From the NCBI GenBank assembly GCA_965113315.1, contig OZ220375.1: a stretch of DNA of 64,000 bases. One strand, given 5' to 3'. A program made the position numbers and the translations under genes. The stretch comes from Podarcis vaucheri. Lineage: Eukaryota. Shown here in pieces: positions 13,039 to 27,215 of the stretch. The notes under the pieces were generated by a model. It saw nothing but the letters and a program-made list of their open reading frames with translations, searched no databases and was not told where the DNA came from. Every line of letters starts with the position of its first letter. The stretch's first letter is position 1.

Positions 13039-14636
13039 TACCTTTATTGTCATTGTACAACCTGTGTACAATGAAATTAAACAAGCCTCCCTCCCCACCC
13101 CCAAACACTCAGTCTCTTATTGAACGACACACCACCTCTCAAGTCAATTTTGCTATGTTATTTTCTGCTCAACAGCCTAACAGCCCATGGATAGAAGCTA
13201 TTTTTTAGCCTGTTGTTACGGCTGATTATACTTCTATATCTCCTGCCCGAGGGTAGAAGATAAAAGAGGTGATGTCCGGGGTGTGAGTCATCCCTAAGAA
13301 TTTTTCTCACTCTCCTAAGGCAATGATCCCTTGCGATGTCATCTAGCAGGCTCAAGGGACAGCCCATGATATCATGTGCTGTATTCACCACCCTCTGTAG
13401 AGACTTTCTGTCTGTGGCTGTCAGGCCAGCATACCACACTGTGATACAATATGAAAGCAACCATGGGAGGAGTTTAAGAAAGGGCAGCCTCATCTCAACT
13501 AGGGGCATGCTTTCATTCTGTGCCCTGTCATGTGCCTTGTCCCCTGCCAGCAACAAAAAGCGCCAACTTGTGCCTAATTCTCTGCCCCACAACTGTATCA
13601 GTGGTGTAAGAGGAAGCCCCCCCAGGGGCAGGATGCATGGCAAAGCAGCTTAATATTGTTTAAACTCAAACAGGATAAATTCAGCAGATAACTCAAAGAG
13701 TAATTCACATAATGCTATATGACCATATGTTTTTCAGATATGGATGACTGCATCAGATGCCCAGAAGATCAGTATGCAAACAAGAAGAAAAATGGGTGCA
13801 TCCAAAAAAGAATAAGCTTTCTTTCTTATGATGAATCTTTTGGGATCAGCTTGGCTTCCTTTGCCCTTTCTTTTTCCCTGATCACAACTTTGGTGATAGG
13901 AACTTTTATTAAATACAATGACACTCCCATTGTCAAAGCTAACAACAGGGATCTCACCTACACTCTCCTCATTGCCCTCCTACTCTGCTTCCTCTCATCA
14001 TTTCTGTTCATCGGACACCCTGGGGAAGTGACCTGCCTTCTTCGCCAACCAATGTTTGGCATTGTCTTCTCATTGGCTGTTTCATGTGTGTTGGCAAAGA
14101 CTGTCACTGTAGTTGTAGCTTTCATGGCCACTAAGCCAGGGTCTAGCATGAGGAAGTGGGTGGGAAAGCGGCTGGCCTATGTTATTGTCCTTTCCTGCTC
14201 TCTTACTCAAGCTAGTATTTGTACTGTGTGGTTGATGACTTCTCCCCCATTCCCCCAACTAGACATGCACTCAGTAGCAGAAGAAACCATTGTGCAGTGC
14301 AATGAAGGCTCAGTAACCATGTTTTACTGTGTCCTTGGCTACATGGGCCTCCTGGCTATTGCCAGCTTCATTGTGGCATTTGCAGCTCGCAAATTACCAG
14401 ACAGTTTTAATGAAGCCAAGTTCATTACCTTCAGCATGTTGCTGTTCTGCAGTGTTTGGATGTCCTTTCTTCCAACATACTTGAGCACCAAAGGAAAATC
14501 CATGGTGGTGGTGGAGATCTTCTCCATCTTGTCTTCCAGTGCTGGATTGTTGGGCTACATCTTTTCTCCTAAATGTTACATCATTTTCCTGAGGCCTGAG
14601 CTGAACAATAGGGATCACATAATGAGAAAGAACTGA
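6883..14636 (+). CDS. V2R gene B, vomeronasal type-2 receptor (Vmn2r26-like), apparently intact, ~875 aa
   Basis: join(6883..7097,8136..8427,9695..10561,10902..11129,12350..12476,13738..14636). All introns GT-AG; exon sizes 215/292/867/228/127/899 sum to 2628 nt in frame. Signal peptide, Venus-flytrap domain, Cys-rich domain (CCYDCxPCPEG) and 7TM present. Confidence 0.93.
9165..9530 (-). mobile_element. Sauria SINE (Squam1)
   Basis: GGGACGCGAGTGGCACTGTGG head on the - strand, (ACCTTT)n tail, core TAGATAAATAGGTACC. Confidence 0.88.
11158..11521 (-). mobile_element. Sauria SINE
   Basis: Same head, core and tail as 9165-9530. Confidence 0.88.
11951..12083. mobile_element. hAT (URR1-like) MITE
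   Basis: TIRs CAGGCATAGGCAAACTC/GAGTTTGATTATGCCTG; 8-bp TSD ccctttgc/ccctttgt; GGGACTACAACTCCC motif. Confidence 0.82.
12998..13452 (-). mobile_element. 5'-truncated Rex1/Babar-type LINE 3' end with (ATT)n tail
   Basis: YCITVWY...LQRVV...[21 protein letters not shown]...[14 protein letters not shown]. The flanks rejoin to match the paralogous intron 5 of gene D (~32330-32380). Confidence 0.8.
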
Positions 14637-15840
14637 GCAATACCTTTGTTTTCATCTTACTGATTTATTATAAGATATATTTATTATAAATGTCTCCAGC
14701 ATGCCACTGTTTTGTTGGGAAGGGGGATTTAGTTTAGATTTTTTTTTAAAAAAAACTATGTTAATATGCTCTGTCACCCTAGAACAGGGATGGGGAACCT
14801 TCCCAATTTTTCCCTAGCAGGGGCCCCAGCTGACAGGCCATTCCAGACACAGCAAACCTACCAACACCACTCCTGACATTCTATGTGCCATCAAGTGTGG
14901 GGTGGGTACTGATAATGCTCCAGAAGAAGAATCATGAGCTGAAAGGGAGTTCTCAGTTTTTAGTTTGCTGGAGGAATGTGCTCTCCCAAGGTCAATAATG
15001 GAGGAACACCTCGCTCCAGCATCATATACAAAACGCACTATTAGAAAAGTTAACGAACAAACTTAAACTAGCATAGGGACAAGCAAGTGAGGACATGTTC
15101 ACACTGTTGTGGTATCACATATACAGCGCAAGACAATTGCTGGTTACACTCCTATCATGCCGATCATCAGGCCATTATTTTTTTCTGCACACCATTGGTC
15201 TTCAATTATTATCTAAAAGCCACAACCATTTGCAACTCATAGTGCCTGGCATAACCTGTCGTTCAGCTTCAAGCAAGAGGTCCTACCTCCAGAATGCCAC
15301 CCCATTATACTCAAAGTGAAATTCAAGCCACATTTGTAAGTCAGTCTGAACATGATTCAACTTTATCCAGTCCCTGACCCTATCATCAGAAAAAGTGGTG
15401 CAAAAGTGCCTTTACCAGAGAGATAAGCAATCACAATACTGATTAGATTCTGATGCCTTACGTCCAGATTTGCATATGGCTGTGGAGCCTCTCGGACTTG
15501 CCCATAAGTCTGAAGTGGTTAAGCTTTTGGATACAGAACTGGGACTGGGAGTGTGCACCAAGTAGGAAGAGGGTGGCTTGAAGAGATTGTGATGGATTAG
15601 AAACTGGAAACATGCTTCAAAACAATAAGTTGTTACTGCGCTGCTATTGGGTTAAGCATGTGTCTGTGTTTGACAGCAGAAAGGGTGACATAAGCCAAAC
15701 TCTATTTGAAGGGTTTGGCTTCCCTTTGCAAGGCTTTGGGTGTCTCAAGGAGCAGTAGCTCTGCTCCAGAATGGCGTTTGGATCCCGTGTGCTTTATCCC
15801 AGCCTTATTTACATTTACACCAGCTTCCAATACAACAATA

Positions 15841-16196
15841 AAGGTAAATGTAAAGGTACCCCTGCCCAAACAGGCCAGTCTTGACAGACTCTGGGGTTTG
15901 TGCGCCCATCTCACTCAAGAGGGCCAGCGCTGTCCGGAGACACTTCCGGTCACGTGACCAGCGTGACAAAGCTGCATCTGGCGAGCCAGCGCAGCACACG
16001 GAACGCCGTTTACCTTCCCGCTGGTAAGCAGTACCTATTTATCTACTTGCACCCGGGGGTGCTTTCGAACTGCTAGGTTGGCAGGCGCTGGGACCGAGCA
16101 GCGGGAGCGCACCCCGCCGCGGGGATTCGAACCGCCGACCTTTCGATCGGCAAGCCCTAGGCGCTGAGGCTTTTACCCACAGCGCCACCCGCGTCC
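15841..16196 (-). mobile_element. Sauria SINE (young, CpG-rich)
   Basis: Head, core and tail as in the other copies. Confidence 0.88.
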
Positions 16197-16727
16197 TTTA
16201 CAACAATACAACAATACCTGCATATAATACAACAATACCTGCATATAATTCATGCAATGAGACAAGTTGCCTGGTTTTAAATCATAGTTTGAAAATGGAG
16301 TTGAGAAGTGGCTTTAATCTAAATATATAACACTTCTGCTTTGTATCCGGAAACTAGTGCCTTTGCTCTTGAGTTTCCTGTTGTTGTTAGTTCACCAAGG
16401 AAAAGTTCTTCTGCGCCCCACCCCATGTGGAGCAGAACTGGGCGTAAAAAATAGCAAAAGTGTCATTCAGACTCCAAACTCTGAACAAGTGATTAATACT
16501 CCTATACTACAATTACTCAAATGACTGCAATCTCTTCACCAGGTAAAGCCCCCAGATGGTTTCATGAGGTAGGTAGAAAACAATCAACAAGGAAGCCAGA
16601 AAGTATTTAAAAAATAAGCTCATATGCTATGGAGAGTCAGGCAGGTCACGATTTATGAGAATATAATCTCTGTTACTGCTACAGAAATGTATTTGATTAA
16701 ATGTATATCATAAGCTTGGCTGCCAGG

Positions 16728-19700
16728 ATGCTGCTGCTCTTGATGTTGCTGTTTCTAATAATTCCTGTTTCTAATACCTCTGTCTGGTGCCCCAGGAATA
16801 ATCCTTTTTCTGTTCCACATGAGTGGTACCAGCCAGGTGACCTCATCATTGGTGGGATTGTGTCTCAGAGCTATTACATTTTCTATGAAGTTTTATTCAA
16901 GGAACACCCATCACAGAACCTGTTTGATGTTTCATAGTAAGAAACTTCCATTCCCCCTCTAGACTGCCTTTCTCTTTTTCTCATGTCTTTCAGACAGGAA
17001 TCTTAAGGGGAAGGAATATCTTATCACCAACATTTTCAAGCTGCAACCACATTTTGGCTGAATGGTGTTATTAAAAAGTTGTTTTAATAACAGCAATAAA
17101 AGCCTATCAGCTCACAAAGAATGTTTAATGAAATAAAAGCAGTGTATTTGCAATTTCTCTGCAGTATACATATTACGAGGAGTGGGGAAGATAAGGGTGA
17201 AAATGAAAATAAATAGATAAGATTACATTGCAGAGAAATTCAAAACATAAAATTAGAGCTGTACCATGCACTATCCTGCAAAATCGCCAAAGTTTCCTTG
17301 CCTTTTGAAAGAGTTTTATATATGACCACCTCTTATCACAGGTGATTTAAAGTTTCGGTGTGTGCTGAGATGAAATTACTTCTTAGGTTAGGTGCGATGC
17401 GGCTGACATTTGTGAGGGCATTTGTCTTTCAGTTAAACTTTTCTTATGAGACTCCTGATCTGAAAAAAGCTCCATGGGAGGAATAACATTGTGGTGAAAC
17501 TCCCTGGGCTTTAACGTAAGTACTGTAAGTGGGTGTATTTGGAGGGATCCAGAGATTGGATGGGTTGTATTGCTGCAACAGGGATTGCTAGCACTTCAGG
17601 TTGGATGGCACAGGGAGACCTGAGGTTGTCAGGCTGAGGCCTTAGGCAAGCAGGAGAGGCAGGTATTGAGCTGGAAAACCAAGAAAAAAATCTGAGACAA
17701 ATTTTACAACTAGCGGTCTCTTCCAGTGAGAAGGTAAATCCATTCCCACTTGATGCCCCCTTCTCCCAGATGCCCTGCAGCCCTAATGACTGTGCTTAGC
17801 TACTGTGGACTGCACACCTCAAATCTGTGGTTCGGATGTGCAAGGAGCTTTCCTGGCTCTACCCCAGCTGTGTGCTGAGAAACAAGCCCAATGAATTCAA
17901 TGCAACTTTCAGATAATGGGGTATAAGATGGTAGCTTTCATGATGCGGAACATACTTATTCAGTTAAAAATGAAGTTGTCACCAAATAAAGGATAAACAG
18001 ATTTGTTTTATTATTTTTTTCGTGATCAACTAAGATGAAAAGCTGAAGAACAGCAAGTATATGAAAGTATCATGCAAAACAGAAATGACCTGTTCAATCA
18101 TGGATTTTCTCTGGAAGTATGATTTTTATTCACTTTGATGTATTAATCACAAATAAAATAATTTCAGTTTGAAACAGAATGTGTCCAGTATTGCTATATC
18201 ATCTATATCTATATCTATATCTATATCTATATCTATATCTATATCTATATCTATATCTATATCTATATCTATATCTATATCTTTACTTTATTTGCAGTAT
18301 GGTGACAAAATTCTATCAGCACATTCTTGCATTGGCATTTGCTGTGAAAGAAGTCAATGAGAATCCCAACATCTTGCCCAATATCACGCTTGGCTTCCAC
18401 ATCTATGACAGCTATTATGATGCAAGGATGACCTACCGTACGACTCTAGACCTCCTCTTCAAAATGAGGACATTTGTCCCCAACTACAAATGTGACACCC
18501 AGAAAACCCTCATATCCACCATTGGAGGACTTGGCCATGATACCACCTTCCATATGGCAGACACATTAGGTCTCTACAAGATTCCACAGGTAAGAGATAT
18601 GAAGGGGCGGAAGGGAATTTTTTCTTCCTGCCTCTATGGGTTGCTTCCATGTTTGTTCTAGACAGAGCGGACCCATTGGGAAGTATTCTAGCCAGTAGCT
18701 TTACTGAGAACAGACTCAACAAAATTAATGGATCTATTTTAGTCATGTAGTCATGATCAATAATTTAAAATTTAGTTGTACACAAGCCTACATCTTTGAC
18801 CCATATTGCTTTCCCTTTTTTCTGCTTTATTTTTAGGGATGTGAGACTGATCTGCTCACAGCTCAAATCAAAATGTGCAATTAGAAAAAAATGAAAGCTT
18901 AGAATTTTTTCAATAAAAAGGAAAATGGTCATGATCATTACTTTAAAAATTAGTACAATTCTACATCTTTATCCCATTTTCCCTGGATAGTTTTTCAACA
19001 GATAATTCAACAGATAATTGTTGAATAAAAAGCCAAATGGTACAGGATGAATTCTTTCAACATAACCTGAAAATATATGTGCATTCCCTTTTAGTTTGCA
19101 TATGGTTCATTTCCTGCAGTGGAGAGTGATACAAATCAGGTTCCTTCTTTTTACCGTATGGTGCCCAATGAAGCCCACCAGTTTCTTGGGATTATCCGCT
19201 TGCTTAAGCATTTTGGATGGACGTGGATCGGACTCCTTGCTCTGAATGATAACAGTGGAGAACATTTCTTGCAGACCCTGGAGCCATTGCTTTTTCAAAA
19301 TGGAATTTGCTCAGCCTTCACACAAAAAATCCCAAAACAACTCCACATTGATAATGTGGATGAAATGCATGATATAGCTTTAAATATGTACGTACAAATC
19401 AGAGATAATAAAGTCACTACATTTATTGTTTATGGAGAATCTCTAGCCATTATAGCACTGAGAGCTATCATATTTGTGCCAGATCCTACAAATAAGAAAA
19501 ACACATCATTTAAAAAGGTATGGATCTTTACAGCACAGACAGATTTCATATCTATGGGTCTTCTTAAGGTTTGGAATGTTCTGCTCTTCCAGGGTTCCCT
19601 TTCCTTCACAATCCACTCACAAAATCTTCCAGCTTTCAAGGAATTTCTTCACAACATAAAACCTTCCTGGACCCAGGGAGATGGTTTCATCAAAGGCTTC

Positions 19701-22700
19701 TGGGAGCAAGCATTTGACTGTATTCTTCCCAATTTTGATGCACCAATGGAGGTCTATGGTATGTGTTCTGGGGAGGAGAGATTGCAGAGTCTTCCTAGGT
19801 CTCTGTTTGAAGTGGGCATGACTGGTCACAGCTATAGCATCTATAATGGTGTCTATGCTGTGGCTCATGCCTTGCAGAACATTCACTCACCCAGATCCAA
19901 GCAAAGAGCAATGGGGAAAAGTGAAAGATTAAAACTTCAGGACCTGGAGCCTTGGCAGGTAATGTACTGAGAATGAAGGGAAGCAAAAGTCATTTTCTGC
20001 ATGACCAGAGCAGAAAGCTTTATATATCCTTGGATACTAAAACTTTTCTGCTTGGTTGTTTAAGAGAAGTTACTCCGGAAAATGATCCAGAAATAATTTT
20101 CAACCTTATAACTCATACTAAGAATACAATGACTAAGAATATCTGAATGGATTGAGGAAAATTTTGTCCATAGTTACTTTCATTACACTAACATTTAAAC
20201 CTTAATGGCGTGTGTGTGTATTTTTTTGTATGTTTTGGAATAACAAATTCAATTATAATGTCCGAACTTGTCCTGCTTTCAGCCTGTTTTAATAATATTT
20301 ATTTGGGCTCCTTATTTTGAGTTTGTTTTATTTACTAGAAAAAAATATTTTAAAAAAACAAAAAAATACTTTGTTGCATTATGATCCAGAGGTGCTGTTG
20401 AAATGCTATTGCAGATCATATACACTGAAAATGATTGATGTTTTCCACAATACAATAATATAACATCTCTAAAAAACCACAACTAGAATACCAAGAATTC
20501 TTAGCCCCCACCACCTACAGAGAATAGCAGTCCTTTCCAGCTCTCACCTGTGATCCCTTTGCAAATAATGACATTTTGTTCAAAAACTCCAGCAAGTTAT
20601 TTTCTATTCTACTCTCTTTTCTCTCTTTATTAGCTCCACCTTATTCTTCATGACATTTCATTTAACAACTCAGCTGGAGAAATTGTGTCCTTTACTGATC
20701 AAAGAGAAATGGGAGGTGGCTTTGACATTGTGAATACGGTCACATTCCCAAACAGGTCCTTCCTTCAAGTGAAGGTGGGATGGGTTGATTCTGATGCTGT
20801 TGATGGAAAAGAATTCATCATTCACGAGGACATGATTATGTGGCACAACGATTTTAACCAGGTCTGAAATCTAGGGTTTTCTTGTGCGCCGCACATTCTC
20901 CAGATGTGTCATTCACATTCTCCAAATAACCCTTGATGTTAAATTGTATGGGTTCATTGAAACAGTTGAATCCTGATTTAAGAGACTTATACTATGGCCT
21001 CAAGCCTGTGGGGCAGAGAATGGATGCATTTCCAGGTTGACTTGTTTCACTCACATGGAGTCTTATGCCTCAAAAATTTCCTAAATACTGTATTTCCTAA
21101 ATACTGACAGGTTTAGGAAAGTGTTAGAAGCATTGAACATTTGCCACGCGTCGGCTTATCCATATACAGTTTATAATTTCTTAAATTTAGAGTTATTAAA
21201 ATAGCTTTAGTTTACTCCATATATAAAACAAATGGACCAATAGTTCAACTTGATATGAATCAACTGTCCTGTGAAAATGTTTATGAGAGGTCTACTTTCT
21301 TATTTGAAGTTTAGAGACTGAAAGTTTCTTTCAAATATTCCTTCCTTCTGAAATTGTTTCCTGTTCATAGGTGATGCCTGTTTCTGTATGCAATGACTGC
21401 TGCCTCCCAGGTAATCAGAAGAAAAGTAAGGAAGGACAGAAATTTTGCTGCTATGATTGTACTCCATGTCCAGAAGGGAAGATTTCAAACCAGAATGGTA
21501 AATAACATTTTTCATTGTAGAAGATTAGCAAATATGTGTTGAAATGAATTTAAATACAATGTTGTGCATGTGACCGCAGTATCTTCTTTGGAGTGGTGTG
21601 AATATTTTGTTGCTACTTTCCAGTAACTTCTCATCAAAACCTTAAAAAACTCATAAGCCTGGTAAAATCCCATGCATTCAGACCTGAAAGTAGGCCCCAG
21701 AAAATGACATAATCTAAGTGAACACATAATTTAAGTGAACCTGTCAAGTAATAAAATGGTCCAGAACTTGCAGATTGGAGAATGTTTGTGGCTGGAATGA
21801 AATGTCCATCTTGGGTTGAATTAGGGCAGAACTTTATTCATTATGCTTCAGGTCAGAGGGGATGGCATGGGACTATGGTGAATATAGGGTCCTGATTCCA
21901 ATCAGCACTTGCTTTTTGAATTGCATTCCACTTGATGTTTAACACCCTTCAGAGCTTAACAATGTTGGACTTGTGTGTATGGCAAGACAAGCATCCAGGT
22001 TCCAAGCAGGCAACTGTGGGATGGGTTAAGGGAAGCCTGGGCCTCATCTGACCAAGGGACATGCTTTGCTCCTACTCTTTGCTAGAAGCTTTATGGTCCA
22101 CTCATTTTGTTGTGACTCTGCCTAGTTGATTTTCTGCTTTAGAATGCCTAACACTGGGTACTACCACATACAAAAGGAAAGGTGTAAACTTCCTAAACCA
22201 GAGAAATTAAATATGGGAGTAAAATACATTTTTGTCCCAATTTACTGTTGGTTCAAGAAATCAAGTTTCCACCCATTCTGCCATTTTGGTGCAATCCTGG
22301 TGCAGCTTGGTTGCCTAAAATGGTTCAAACAAACCTGTCAGATTGAGCAGAAAACTCAAAGAGTAATTCAACTATACAACCTAAAAATCAGAAGGTTCAG
22401 AACAACAGGAAAAACAATTATTAAATAGCAGGGCAGGCAAAAAAACCCCACATGAATCGAAACTGGAGTTTAACCTTGTTCTACTTTTCAGACATGGCTG
22501 ACTGTTTCAGATGCCCAGAAGATCAGTATCCAAACAAGAAGAAAAATAGATGCATCTCCAAAACAATAAGCTTTCTTTCTTATGAGGAACCCTTAGGGAT
22601 CGGCTTGGCCTCTGTTGCTCTTCCTTTTTCCCTGATCACAGCTTTGGTACTAGGAACTTTTATCCAACACAGAGACACTCCCATTGTCAAAGCCAACAAC

Positions 22701-23393
22701 AGAGATCTCACCTATGCTCTCCTCATTGCCCTTCTACTCTGCTTCCTCTCATCTTTTCTGTTTATTGGACGCCCTGGGAAAGTGACCTGCCTTCTTCGGC
22801 AACCAACTTTTGGCATCGTCTTCTCTGTGGCAGTTTCCTGTGTGTTGGCCAAAACCATCACTGTAGTTGCAGCTTTCATGGCCACCAAGCCAGGGTCCAG
22901 TATGAGGAAGTGGGTAGGGAAAAAAATGACCAACTCCGTTGTCCTCTCCTGCTCTCTTTTTCAAGTGATTATTTGTAGTGGCTGGCTGATGACCTCTCCC
23001 CCATTCCCTGCTTTAGACCTGCACTCGGTAATGGAAGAAACCATTGTGCAGTGCAATGAAGGCTCAGTGACCATGTTTTATTGTGTCTTGGGTTACATGG
23101 GCCTTCTGGCCATTGCCAGCTTCATTGTGGCATTTGCAGCTCGCAAATTACCAGACAGTTTCAATGAAGCCAAGTTCATTACATTCAGCATGTTGCTGTT
23201 CTGCAGTGTTTGGCTTTCTTTTGTTCCAACCTATCTGAGCACCAAAGGAAAATACATGGTGTTGGTGGAGATCTTCTCCATCTTGTCCTCCAGTGCTGGA
23301 TTGTTGGGCTGCATCTTTGCCCCTAAATGTTACATCATTGTTCTGAGGCCTGAGCTGAACAAAAAGGAGCAAATGATAAGGAAAAAGATGTAA
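16728..23393 (+). CDS. V2R gene C, apparently intact, ~873 aa
   Basis: join(16728..16936,18298..18589,19095..19958,20634..20861,21371..21497,22492..23393). GT-AG junctions, phases 2/0/0/0/1, 2622 nt in frame. The apparent TAG at the end of exon 1 is TA|gt, completed to TAT by exon 2. Confidence 0.93.
18195..18281. repeat. (TATATC)n microsatellite just upstream of the gene C exon 2 acceptor
   Basis: Read directly from the sequence. Confidence 0.95.
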
Positions 23394-24024
23394 ATTGCTT
23401 CTTTTTATTCTTTCTTATTGCATTGTTATATATGAAGGGTTTTAGTATAAAAGTGGTTACTTTGGGTCCCTCCTCCATGGTGATAATTTATTGTGAGATC
23501 AATTTTGGAAAGTTTAGCTTTGTGAAATAAAAACAGAGGTGAGGAATGTCTGGCCAGTAGGCCCTATTTTGCCCGGCTGTTGTCCCAATTCCCAGGCCAT
23601 TCCTGGCAAACCACACCCACCTTCTTTACAGCTGACATCGTATATGTCTTCAAAGTAACAATTAGGAGCTTAAAGTGAGTTCAGTTTTTCTCTTCTCGGA
23701 GGGTCTCCCTGGAGGGCTGCTTCCAGTTATCCCATCCCCTGCTTTTGAAACTCTTTTAAGAAGGTTCTGCAAGAGAAGGACTGTGAGGAGCATAATAAGA
23801 GTGGTCTTTCTAGGAGTATTTGAAACTACTCTGTTCCTTGTTAAGTTTGCTGTTGCCAGGAGATGTAATGCTGAATCATGTAATCTTGTTGTTTTATAGT
23901 CCTCAGACCTTGCTTTTTGGGATGTTTGCTATTATGGTGTTTTGTTACTTTATTCTGAAATTATTCTATGACTGATTTTCAAATATATTCCTTCATTCTT
24001 CAGTTGAACCACTTTGTCCCCTTT

Positions 24025-24180
24025 TCATAGAACCATAGAATCATAGATTTGTATAGTTGGAAGGGTTCCTGGGGCCCACCACCTTCTGAAGGAGTCCATT
24101 CCTCTGTCAAACATCTCTTACCATCATAAAGTTATTTCCAATGTTTAGCAGGAATCTCCTTTCTTACAGTTCCTATCTGA
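24025..24180 (-). mobile_element. Old CR1 3' fragment
   Basis: Degenerate catagaa tail and similarity to 34571-34800. Confidence 0.5.
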
Positions 24181-24646
24181 ACTAGGTTGTGTGTGGCAGG
24201 GGAAAGCGTCATTTTAATGATAATGATGGGAGCCCACCTTGCTCCAATAGGGGAGGCAGCTTTCCTCAAAACTCCTATTGAAATGGACTGAGGCGGGGGG
24301 GGGGCGGCTCCATTTCAACAGGAAAAACTCCTTCTACCTCCTAGGACAAGCCTCTTTGGAGCTATGCCTTTAAAGGAAACATTGACTTGTGATGTCCTAT
24401 GACTGACAGGTTGGTGGACCCATACACCTATCAATCTTTGGCTCGTAAGGGGTGGAAGAACAAGCAATCTGGACAGCTGGGGGAAAATGTACCTGACTCC
24501 TGCACTAGCACAAGAAACTCAGCAATAAAGATGGAGTTTTTGTGGTTAGGAAAACAATGGACATGTAGATTGAGTGATGGCTTTGATTTACTTTGCATTG
24601 ACTTATTAATATATATATTATTTGGGTGCGATTTACCTTATATTAT

Positions 24647-25030
24647 GGGACGTGGGTGGTGCTGTGGTCTAAACCACTGAGCTGTGGGCTTGCCGATCAA
24701 AAGGTTGGCAGTTCGAATCCCCGCAACAGGGTGCGCTCCCATTGTTCGGTCCAAACGTCTGCCAACCTAGCAGTTCAAAAGCACCCCAATAGGTAGATTG
24801 ATAGGTACCGCTCTAGGGGGAAGGTAAACGGCATTTCCGTGCACTGCCCTGGTGTCGGTGTTCCGTTGCTCCAGAAGCGGCACAGTCATGCTGGCCACAT
24901 GACCCAAAAAAACTGTCTGTGAAGTGGACAAACGCTGGCTCCCTTGGCCTGTAAAGCGAGATGAGCACCACAACCCCAGGGTTGTTCCCGACTGGACTTA
25001 ACTGTCAGAGTTCCTTTTACTTTTACCTTA
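24647..25030 (+). mobile_element. Sauria SINE
   Basis: GGGACGTGGGTGGTGCTGTGG head, ccttttacttttacc tail, TSD-like taccttatatta on both sides. Confidence 0.88.
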
Positions 25031-27215
25031 TATTACTCTGTTGTATAATACTGAACTATATTTGCTTAAGCAAAGAAACATGCAGGCGTGCCAAATTGGG
25101 AGAAACATTGGGGGAGTGGGCCTTGCATGATGACACATGCACGATGCCCCACCCCCGTCGGGCCAAGCCTTCCGGGATGCATAGGAGTCCTTTTGACATG
25201 CTCCATGCCAGTGTTCATGGGCATCCCCACCCCCTGGCAAGAGGCCCAAAATGGACAGCCATCTCCTGGGACAAGCACTTAGTGGAGGGACAAGTAGGTA
25301 AGGGGGCAGGTGAAGCCTAGCGTGCTGGCACCGGAAAGACTGAAAAAGAGGGCAGTGAGAGTGGTGGGCTTGACCCAGCAAGCCAGCCAGGAGGGGAGTG
25401 AGGTTGGCGCCCCAGGGACAGCATGGCATCCATCCTGCTCTAGCTGGATCCACCAGCTCCAAGATCCCCCAGGCGGCTTGGATGTTTGCAGAGAGCCCTT
25501 CGCTGCCAGCCTTTCAACTAAGGAGCTGACTCTCTTGCTCCTTTTTTCCCTTGCATACAGGCTGGCAGGCAGGCGACAGCAGCAGCAGCAGCTCAACTCT
25601 GCTCCAAACACCTTTGCATTTCCAACAGTTTTTACAATAACACAAATATCTGTATAGGTGTTTCTCTCTCTCTACTCACCTCCTCTCAATCTGAATTGTG
25701 ATTGCAAGGGGAGCCACAAAGATGCACAAACTCTCATCTTTCTCTCATTTCCCCACCTCTCTCTCCCCTCTTCACGAGGGAAAGGGTCCCTGCGAAATCC
25801 ACAGGAACTGGTTAAGGGCATAGTGCAAACTCGGGGCTGATCTGAAGGGAGCTGGGCTGCAGGCTAAGTAAAAAATGGGCAAATTGGTAATTATGGTAAG
25901 TTATGGTGGAGCTCCATGCACCTCCCCAATACATTCCTATACAGTGGAGGCTAATAAACCAAGACAGCTGTATTTTTATGCAGCTCCCCTCGCAAGTTTC
26001 TTTTTGAAGGCATTCCTACAGTTATAACAGACCTCCACACACATACAAACACACCAGGCAAGGTTAACCCCTAATTCTGATTTTACCCTGCAACCCTCCC
26101 AACCCAACCCAGTGGGCCAGCGTTTGCCGAGGGGCAGTGAGGGATGGTGGCCCCCTCAATAATGGGGAGGGGGCTCATCCCCTTGCCTTGAAATATGGAG
26201 GGAACTGAAGCCAGCGGCGTAGCGTGAGTTGTCAGCACCCGGGGCAAGGCAAGTAATTTGCGCCCCCTAACCCGGGGCAAGGCAAGTAATTTGCACCCCC
26301 AACCCCTAACCTGCCGTGTCAGGTGATCTGAGGCGAGTTGCCGCTGGCGCTGCCGCCCAAACGACGCCGCTTGCCCGGAGGAGGAGGGGGGCAGAGAGGC
26401 GAGGAAAATGGAACATGGCCCAGCAGCTGCAGCAGCAGCGGCGGAGGCGGGGCTGTGAGGAGGGGCTGCCTGGCGCGTCCAAGACAGTACTGTGGATGCT
26501 TGGGTTGTGAATGTGATCTGTGCGGGATGCATGTTCGCAACCTGCAGCATTCGCAACCCGCATCTGCACACGTGCGGGTTGCAATTCAGCGCTTCTGTGC
26601 ATGCAAAAAGTGTGATGTAGTGCTTCTGTGCATGTGTGACCGCCGAAACCTGGAAGTAACCCATTCTGGTACTTCCGGGTTTCAGCGGTCCATAACCTGA
26701 AAAAACGCAACCTGAAGTGTCTGTAACGTGAGGCACAGTGATCATGTCATTAGCTCACCATGGAAAATTCATTTGGTCACTTCTTCTGCCTATAAGGAGC
26801 AGAATGGGAATTTTTTATAAAGCAAAACTGCTACTCAGACACCAGACTCTGAAGAAGTAAATCATAATTCTACCCTGTAATTACCCAAATCACTGCAATT
26901 TCTTCACCAGCTGAAACCTCCAAATGCTTCCTGGAAGCAACTAGAAAACAATCAACATGCAAGCCTGAAAGTGGTTATAACGAATCCTGTGTACTGAGAG
27001 CTGGGTCCAGAGGCACACAGGGATATGCCAATTTAATTTCTGAATCTGTGATATCTGTTAGTATTCAAGAAATGCATTGTTTGTAGCACTCGGAGGCAGA
27101 TCACACTCTCTATTATAGAACAGAGCCATGCATCTTTCAATGTAGCCTTTTCTTAGGAAAATAGTATGAATGAAGACAGGAGAGTCTGCATTCAGAGAGA
27201 AGCTAGACTGCCAGA

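Noticed and set aside
16931-16940. Apparent premature stop at the end of exon 1 in genes B-E
   Set aside because: The TAG/TAA is formed by the gtaag donor; splicing gives Tyr or His codons.
25028-26745. GC-rich ORFs up to 220 aa between genes C and D
   Set aside because: No recognisable domain; they appear to lie in non-autonomous DNA-transposon-like pieces whose ends I could not define.
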